Shown here one piece after another: positions 55,320-64,000 of a stretch of 64,000 nt of DNA; the first letter of the stretch is position 1, and each line of letters starts with the position of its first letter. The stretch is from positions 10,416,001 through 10,480,000 of the forward strand of contig OZ024755.1 in assembly GCA_964016885.1 (NCBI GenBank). The letters are read 5' to 3'. A program made the position numbers and the translations under genes. The notes beneath the pieces were generated by a model. That model ran no database searches, had not been told where the DNA came from, and was given only the letters and a program-made list of their open reading frames with translations. The stretch comes from Eledone cirrhosa (lineage: Eukaryota).

Positions 55320-55387
55320 TATGTGTATATATATATATGTGTATATATATATATGTGTATATATATATATGTGTATATATATATATG

Positions 55388-55450
<63 letters not shown>

Positions 55451-55489
55451 GTATATATGTATATATATATATATGTATATATATATATG

Positions 55490-55554
<65 letters not shown>

Positions 55555-56062
55555 GTATATATATGTATATATGTATATATGTATATATATGTATATATAT
55601 GTGTATATATGTGTATATATATGTGTATATATATGTGTATATATATGTGTATATATATGTGTATATATATGTGTATATATATGTGTATATATATGTGTAT
55701 ATATATGTGTATATATATGTGTATATATATGTGTATATATATGTGTATATATATGTGTATATATATGTGTATATATATGTGTATGTATATATATATGTAT
55801 ATATATATATATGTGTATATATATGTATATATATATATAGATTGTATATATATATGTATATATATATATAGATTGTATATATATATGTATATATATATAT
55901 AGATTGTATATATATATGTATATATATATATAGATTGTATATATATATGTATATATATATATAGATTGTATATATATATGTATATATATATATAGATTGT
56001 ATATATATATGTATATATATATATAGATTGTATATATATATGTATATATATATGTATGTATG

Positions 56063-56126
<64 letters not shown>

Positions 56127-56226
56127 TGTATGTATATATATATGTATGTATATATATATGTATGTATATATATATGTATGTATATATATATGTATGTATA
56201 TATATATGTATATATATGTATGTATG

Positions 56227-56257
<31 letters not shown>

Positions 56258-56282
56258 TTGTATATATATGTATGTTTGTATG

Positions 56283-56345
<63 letters not shown>

Positions 56346-56852
56346 ATATATATATGTATGTATGTATATATATATATATGTATGTATGTATATATATATA
56401 TGTATGTATGTATATATATATATGTATGTATGTATATATATATATATGTATGTATGTATATATATATATATGTATGTATGTATATATATATATGTATGTA
56501 TGTATATATATATATATGTATGTATGTATATATATATATATGTATGTATGTATATATATATATGTATGTATGTATATATATATATATGTATGTATGTATA
56601 TATATATATGTATGTATGTATATATATATATATGTATGTATATATATATATATGTATGTATGTATATATATATGTATGTATGTATATATATATGTATGTA
56701 TGTATATATATATATATGTATGTATATATATATATATGTATGTATATATATATATGTATGTATATATATATATATGTATGTATATATATATATGTATGTA
56801 TATATATATATATGTATGTATATATATATATATGTATGTATATATATATATG

Positions 56853-56886
<34 letters not shown>

Positions 56887-57412
56887 TGTATGTATATATA
56901 TATATATATGTATGTATATATATATATGTATGTATATATATATATGTATGTATATATATATATGTATGTATATATATATATGTATGTATGTATGTATATA
57001 TATATGTATGTATGTATATATATATGTATGTATGTATATATATATGTATGTATGTATATATATATGTATGTATGTATATATATGTATGTATGTATATATA
57101 TATGTATGTATGTATATATATATGTATGTATGTATATATATATATGTATGTATATATATATATGTATGTATATATATATATATATGTATGTATATATATA
57201 TATGTATGTATATATATATATGTATGTATGTATATATATATATATGTATGTATATATATATATATATGTATGTATATATATATATATGTATGTATATATA
57301 TATATATATGTATGTATATATATATATATGTATGTATATATGTATGTATGTATATGTATGTATATATATGTATATGTATGTATGTATGTATGTATATATA
57401 TGTATGTATATC
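54495..57412. repeat. 2.9-kb compound (TA)n/(TATG)n/(TGTG) microsatellite with internal higher-order units
   Basis: Direct inspection; a 31-bp unit containing agattg occurs about 7 times at ~55830-56035. Confidence 0.95.
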
Positions 57413-57420
57413 CATATACG

Positions 57421-57744
57421 TCCCACCACCTCCACCCCATCCACACCGCCCCTTTCAATGTACAGTTATGTTGGTCCCACAACATCCAGGCCGAAACAAA
57501 TGAGATCGTGTAGGTGTCATGACAAAAAACACACAGTCCACGCTGTAAATGTGGCCGTGTAGGCAACACGGTAAAAACCTCCCAGCCCCACACCGTAAAT
57601 GTGGTTGGTGTTAGGAAGGGCATCCAACTGTAGAAAACCCGCCAGACAGTCCTATGCGAGCAAGACAACCACTCTTGCCTCAAGTGGGAAAAACCCCGTC
57701 CAAACCCATGCAAGCGTGGAACACGGACGCTAAACATGATGATG

Positions 57745-57750
<6 letters not shown>
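57421..57750 (+). mobile_element. SINE/LINE 3' end with (GAT)n tail
   Basis: gtggttggtgttaggaagggcatcc...ccgtccaaacccatgcaagcgtggaacacggacgctaaac followed by (atg)n; a retroposon-type 3' end. Confidence 0.65.
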
Positions 57751-57780
<30 letters not shown>

Positions 57781-57783
<3 letters not shown>

Positions 57784-57915
57784 ATTCTTGATGATTTCTA
57801 AAGAAGGAAACAGTTCTAGTCCTGTAGAATCTCATCTATATTAAAACTTGTATACTCCGCAATATATTGAGTACCTTACTTACTGTGGTTACCGCCGATT
57901 CAACCCGGAATAACG
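57781..57915 (+). mobile_element. PLE-like family B, unfolded copy with tail
   Basis: ttgatga tttctaaagaag GAAAC agttcta GTC ctgtagaa; tail atactccgcaatatattgagtaccttacttactgtggttaccgccgattcaacccggaataacg (its end also at 18851-18873). Confidence 0.75.
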
Positions 57916-57956
<41 letters not shown>

Positions 57957-58933
57957 GTAATTTGTGTGTGTGTCTTAGTTAGGTTCGCAACTACAGTTAC
58001 ATGCGGCACGTTGTTTGAAGCACTCAATGCTGTTAGAAGATCCGTCTCGTATTGGGTTGTATTCCAGAGTTAAGCGCCTGTAATGTGCAGAGTATATACA
58101 TACATATATGTGTGTATTCATGCTCGTTCACTCGTTTACATTGGTTTGACAGATTCGTGAAGTATCGGATTTTCTTAGTTTATATGAACCATTGTGAGAT
58201 CTGTGGTCATTATTGATTTGAGAAAGCCAGTACAATGCAAAGTAGAAATACCCAAGTGCAATCTACAATAGAGTAAGAAGATAACGGTTTACAATTTTAC
58301 CTAATATATCATATTTTGAGGTTAAGAACTCTTTTTTTTTTCTTTTTATCAAAAGGCAGAAATCTTATCTGGTGCTAAGGATGGGTGTTACCATACTGCT
58401 TTAGTTTACATTTTACTCTTAGATTTCTAATTTACATTAATGCGGATTTCCAAAAGCCATAATATCCACATATTTTAGATTACTTCATATAAATTCAAAT
58501 GAAATTATATATTACCTGAAAGTTTGAAATGAATGTGAATGAACACATATCCATATATAATTATACTTCTCAGACGAGCTTGTCGGAATATAACAAAGAT
58601 TAAAAGAAAAAAAAAGAAACAGGAAAATAATGAGAAAAAATCTATAATAAATCATGACAAACATAACAATACTTTATAATCACAGAAAAACAAACTCACG
58701 TCTTAATGTCGAAAACAACTTTCCCTCCTCAAATATTCCCGTTCCTCAAGAGGTGTGTGTCATCATATTTAATGTGGCCATCACCATCACCGCTATCATC
58801 ATTATCATTCTTCCTCTTCTTTTTCTTTATTTTTCTTCTCTTTCTTCTTTTTTCTTTCTTTTGCTTCTGTCATGCTTTGTTCTTTCTTCTTTCTTTCTTT
58901 CATTTTCTTTTTTTCTTGTCTTTCTTCTTCTGC

Positions 58934-58967
<34 letters not shown>

Positions 58968-61349
58968 CAAACTAGCCACGATCAGGTCTACCACTACCAT
59001 GAAATATGAAGTCTTCCCTACCATCACCACTACCCCATTTATTGATCTCTGAAACTATACTGTCACAGTTGTCGTTTCCATTCAGTATCCACTTCCTATT
59101 TACTATCCTCTGTTAACAGACAACCTATTATTTTTTTACTTTAGTCAAATAGTTTATTATTTTGGGCCGTTCTTGTTATTGTGTTATAGTTGTTGCGGTT
59201 GCTGTTGATGGTTTTGTCATGTTTTCGACAATCACGTGCAGGAATACTCATTATTTACTGAAGTGTGCCGCATAAGCAGCAAATTGGCTGAGTCTTTAAT
59301 TCGTAGTATATAACGCCCAGATTCTCTACGCCGTAGGTTCTAATCATGCCGAGGTCAACTTTGCCGTTTTTCTTTTCGAGATCGATAAATAAAGTACAGC
59401 ATCATCATCAGCCACTTCGTCCTCATCCTCATCACTTGTAGTGTTAGAGATCAATTTGAACCCCCATTCCCAGAACCTACAGATGTCCAACACCACCACC
59501 ACCACTAGGATACATACAGGCACATCTTAAATAATTTGCTACACACGATTTACGAATGATTTTATTTCTGGCATGATTGGAAAGAAGCAATTTAATTTAG
59601 TCTAAGTTTAAATGTCAACCTTTGCAACTCGGCGTAAACGAAGAAGCCAATTTACAGTCAGTACCATTTTAGTGACACTCTTATAACTATAAAAGTATAA
59701 GCAGCAATATATTGCATTAAATTAGTAATTAAGCGATTTCAGTTATTTAACAGCTAACATAAATCAGTTGGACATTTCATGATGGTACTACTGAGACGTT
59801 TGAAGAATTCTTTGACAGTTTGATATCCATTGAATTTGATCAACGAAAATCTAATCAACGCCTAATAGATTACTTAACTAAATTGGATTAAATCTATATG
59901 GAGGACAAACATCAAAACTTGTGAAATGTAAAACATCTAGACAAATATTCGTGTGGAGCGAGCAACGAAAAACATAAAAAAACGTAAGAGTTATTTAATT
60001 GTCTCATGATAACTTTAGAATAACAATACAGGACTGATTTCACTTGAAGTGGAAAGACAATCATATTTGGAAACACTACTAAATGTGAACATGTTAACGC
60101 AAGATTATCAAATAGACTAAATTAATTGTAGGAATCGTGTGAAGTGTTCTCTAAATACAGGTGCGTTATTAGAATCAGTATCAAACAATATATATTTATG
60201 AAGATTATAAACACACATCTAGAAACTTTAGTTAAAGGAATATATAATATAAAGATAAACTGAAGTATATGGAACAAGATATAACAGAACAATAGAAATA
60301 TAATGTAGTGATAATCCCATATAGGATGAATGATTCTACAAGTATATCATATGGCTTAACCAATGCTTTTTATGTGAAAACCAACTGAGATAAACAGATC
60401 TCCTTTCGGTTTCTTAAGCCTCTATGGCCTGCATCGTTCACAAACAAGGCACAAATCTCCCCCTGTATACCTCAACATTTGTAGCAACAATAACTTATGG
60501 TTACAAGAAAATAGAATCTTTAGAACACTGAATATTTCTTCCGCCCTTAGAACAATACTTACGGTTCCATAGCTTGGTCATATCACGATTATGGAGGTCA
60601 AGGAAAAGGCCAGGCTGAGGAATTTACGGGATGCCATCTCCGTCGAATCTGGAACCCGTTGGGTCACATTTCCCGCATATCTATGATGAAACCAGTGAGG
60701 TGTCTGTCGAATCAAAACCAACGGTGATGTGGGGGAAGTAGAAATCAGGACAAACCCCTCAAAATCTTGTTGAGATCTGTGAAGTAAGATATGACAGACT
60801 TGGGAGAAGGCTTGTAGCAAGGCTTGCAACATACAGAATGGGTATCTCTCGTCATCACATGTTCGATAGGGAGAGAAAAGGAATTAGGGGCGAAGAAAAC
60901 TGCTCTGCTATTTTATTTGAACAATTAAAAGACTCGTGATAGAAAGTGACGGAGATCCAACAACAACAGCAACAAGAGTTACAGGCGTGTACATTTTACA
61001 CAGTCGATTAAAAATCTGAAGCAATGTTGAAGTCTTTTTTCTTTCTTTCTCAGTTCTTAGTGAAATCCATTCTACTACAATGAAAAGGAAATATAATGAA
61101 ATAATTGAAACGTTAACGTCGGCGCACGATCAACAATGGGGAGGATTTTCTTTTCGTTTTTCTTAGTTCTTAGAGATTATGGCCAACTCCGCACTGTCTT
61201 CTTTCAGTGAAGATAATATCTGAAGTAGCAGCAAGGCAGGACAATGTACTACCAGCGACTACCGCAAGTGAAATACAATGCGGAATGAATGTACAAACAA
61301 CAACAACAATAACTATTACTACGCGCAGAGAAACTTCCCCTTATCCTCC

Positions 61350-61357
61350 TCCTACTG

Positions 61358-61389
<32 letters not shown>

Positions 61390-61505
61390 GCTGTTGCTAC
61401 TACTACTACTACTACTACTACTACTGTCTTCACCACCACCGTCTCCGCTACCACCACCACCACCACCGTCTCCGCTACCACCACCGTCTCCACTGTACCA
61501 CTACT
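61350..61505. repeat. (ACT)n/(ACC)n trinucleotide repeat
   Basis: Direct inspection. Confidence 0.9.
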
Positions 61506-61644
61506 AGCACCAGTAGTAGAACATTTTGAAAATCGGAATCTTGATTTGATTGTATCAACATATACAGAAATATTTTAAAGATATATATGATACATATTCT
61601 CAACTTACACGTATTCATAACTACGTAAAAGTAATATATATATA

Positions 61645-61691
<47 letters not shown>

Positions 61692-62140
61692 TTGTGTATG
61701 TAATGAAATCAACACATAATATATACGCCTGTGCACGTGTGTGTGTGTGTGTGTGCGTGTATGGCTGCTTGTGTGTTAACTGTGCGCGTGTTTATGGATG
61801 GATATTTCATTATGTATATTTATGTAAAGTATATTCTAGCTACTTCATATTTGTAGAAAGTATGTATCATATAACTTATATATATATATATATGGGTTTA
61901 TATAATACACCCATGCCTGCTCTTTTATAGTGTGTTAGTGTGGTGTGAGGCGTTTACGACACTTAGCAACCGAGTAATACGGTAGAGGACTAAAACAAAC
62001 ACTTACTTTCTAGACAGGCTTAGTGGGTTGTAAGAACAATGGCTTGGACGTGAAGGTGCATGGCATAGTGGTAAGGGTGCTGGACTAACGATCATGTCGT
62101 GCCCCCCCCCCTACACACACATACACACGTGTGTGTGTGT

Positions 62141-62284
62141 ATCCCGGGTTCAGGGGGGGGGGGTAACCACAGTAAGTAAGGTGCTCAATGGATAGCAGGG
62201 TATAAATGTTTAATATAGAAATGGCTTCTACAAGACTAGAACTATTTCATTCGAATGAAACAATTCTAGTCCTGTAGAAGCCAT
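62141..62284 (-). mobile_element. Fold-back PLE-like element family B
   Basis: Reversed tail at 62141-62220; palindrome at 62221-62284 centred on ttcgaa. Confidence 0.8.
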
Positions 62285-62297
62285 ATATATACATACA

Positions 62298-62540
62298 TAC
62301 ACGAGGGTCGGCTGAAATGGTCAGAGGCTGGCCAAGATACTCTCATGGAATTTGACCAAATGGGCGTTTATTGCGGTCCATACACTTCTTACATTGGTGA
62401 AGAAGCTTTCATCTTGTTAATCAAAAAAGTAATCAACAGCAGATCTGACCTCATCGTCAATGCGATACTGGTTCCTAGCCAAGTGTTTGTTCATGTCGGT
62501 CAATAGTTGCAACAGTTGATAGTCCGATGGGGTCACACAC
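62298..62540 (-). mobile_element. Mariner-type element end
   Basis: cgagggtcggctgaaatggtcagaggctggccaagatactctcatggaat is the reverse complement of the right end of the 21612 and 43368 MITEs. Confidence 0.6.
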
Positions 62541-62720
62541 ATATAATAATGGAAGTAGTTGGATAAAATACCACGCAATTAATACATTATTCAAGGTTGG
62601 CATTATGACCTATGTATTATTCAAGACTGATTATACTATATTTCTCGCTTAATTGATCACAAACATAAATACACATTCACACATACACGCACACATACAT
62701 ATTTCTTCTTCCTTATTCTT

Positions 62721-63056
62721 CGCCCACTTATTCCTGAGGGGGTCGTGTGTCTCAGTAAAGTCAAACGGATGTTTTCCAAACATTGTGCTCGTTGTCTACC
62801 ACTGGGACTCCTTAGTGATTAGATATTCTAACTATAGATCCATAGTACCCGAACTGACATCTCTTGATGTGGGGGAAATAGTTGCTTTAATGGAGCTACA
62901 CCACCTATCGAGTAATGTTACTCCAAATAGCCTTTGGAGGAATCCCATTTCCGCCGCCTGTATTTGACAACGTATTCTTTCGGTCATTACCCGAGATTCT
63001 TAACAAAACATAAGGGTAGGTGCTTACACTGAATTGAATATAACGAACTTAACTTT
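62721..63056 (-). pseudogene. RTE-clade (Rex3/Expander-like) LINE 3' fragment
   Basis: Minus strand reads KVKFVIFNSV*APTLMFC*ESRVMTERIRCQIQAAEMGFLQRLFGVTLLDR, matching the RTE post-RT motif PTLTYG.E.WVMTER.R.RIQAAEM.FLRR..G. Confidence 0.8.
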
Positions 63057-64000
63057 TACATCTTCTTCCCATCTGTTCATGCACTAGTGCTGAAGCTGAT
63101 GCGGGGAACAATGACGAGAATGAGGATGAAACAGAGGGAGAAGGAGAGGATAATGGTCATATGGTGATAGTGATAACGATTGTGATGGCGATGATGACGA
63201 CAACGACGATGATGGTAATGGTGCTGAGGGCTATCTTGATCTTAAAGAAAATATTAGACAAATGAAGTAAAAGGAAACATCTGATGAAACAGACTCTATT
63301 CTCATGTGGGACGAAACACATTCAAACTAATTTTAAAATTTAATGAATAACTTTATATCAAATCAGTTCACTCCATGAACTATATATAACCTGTGCTAAA
63401 TGCATAAAATAAGAAAACTAGTCAACATTTTGAATGGCTACAAATCATATAACTTCATTCATTCCTGAACCTTTAACTCCTGTTGAAGATGTGATGGCGT
63501 GATGGTGAGAATTTAAACCTGCCCATGTCGGATTACAGCCGATTTTCTCTTTACTGGTACTTAATTTATCGACCTTGAAAGGATGACAGGCGGAGTTGAC
63601 AATCTGAAAGCAAAGCGATCTGTACGGCATTGTAATGACTCGGCCAATTCGCCGCCTAAGTCCTGTTTATCTCGTATATCATATAACTATATTATCTTCT
63701 TAGTAAAATACATGAATCATATATTCATTACATTTGTTAGTTGATAATCATATCGTTTAAACTGAACGCAGATCGTTATTAATATGTAGCTATAATTAAT
63801 AAAATCCATCACTGACAATAACTATTGAAACTATCCATTATTGTGGAGAGTGAGTATTCATTATAGCTGCCATTTAATTTCATTAAATAAAGTATGTTTA
63901 AATATATCGGGTTATAAAACGTCATGTAGATCATTCGTTAACAATATAATAATAATATTGATGATAATAATGATAATATTACTAGTAATGATGATAATAA

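Noticed and set aside
54404-57737. ORFs of up to ~1100 aa (YI/HT/MYV-rich)
   Set aside because: Translations of (TA)n/(TATG)n tracts, which lack stop codons; the same holds for most ORFs in the track
61207-61578. Thr-rich mucin-like 123-aa ORF
   Set aside because: Explained by (ACT)n/(ACC)n repeats; GTG start and no domain
63281-63325. CTGATGA...GAAAC
   Set aside because: No stem II or stem I pairing; probably chance

Overview
AT-rich, microsatellite-saturated eukaryotic DNA with no intact protein-coding gene that I can recognise. The repeat complement (tRNA-headed SINEs, very long (TA)n/(TATG)n/(CA)n tracts) resembles an octopus/cephalopod genome, probably intronic or intergenic; this is inference. 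Nearly all listed ORFs are microsatellite artefacts. Recognisable content: several SINE families, a decayed Gypsy pol, Tc1/mariner and RTE fragments, a young bipartite non-autonomous RTE-derived element (3 near-identical copies), several minisatellites and a 200-N gap. The most striking pattern is about 20 tiny (50-350 bp) elements from at least 6 sequence families, mostly sitting inside (TA)n tracts. Many are fold-back hairpins carrying the 3' half of a minimal hammerhead ribozyme (GAAAC-palindrome-GUH) plus a one-sided tail with a shared hairpin motif. Two copies together reconstruct a complete minimal hammerhead, and one insertion is a head-to-head chimera of two families. These look like miniature Penelope-like (PLE) pseudo-LTR insertions. 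A 1.1-kb minisatellite appears to derive from the A-box head of the adjacent SINE. All alignments were done by eye and element boundaries are approximate.
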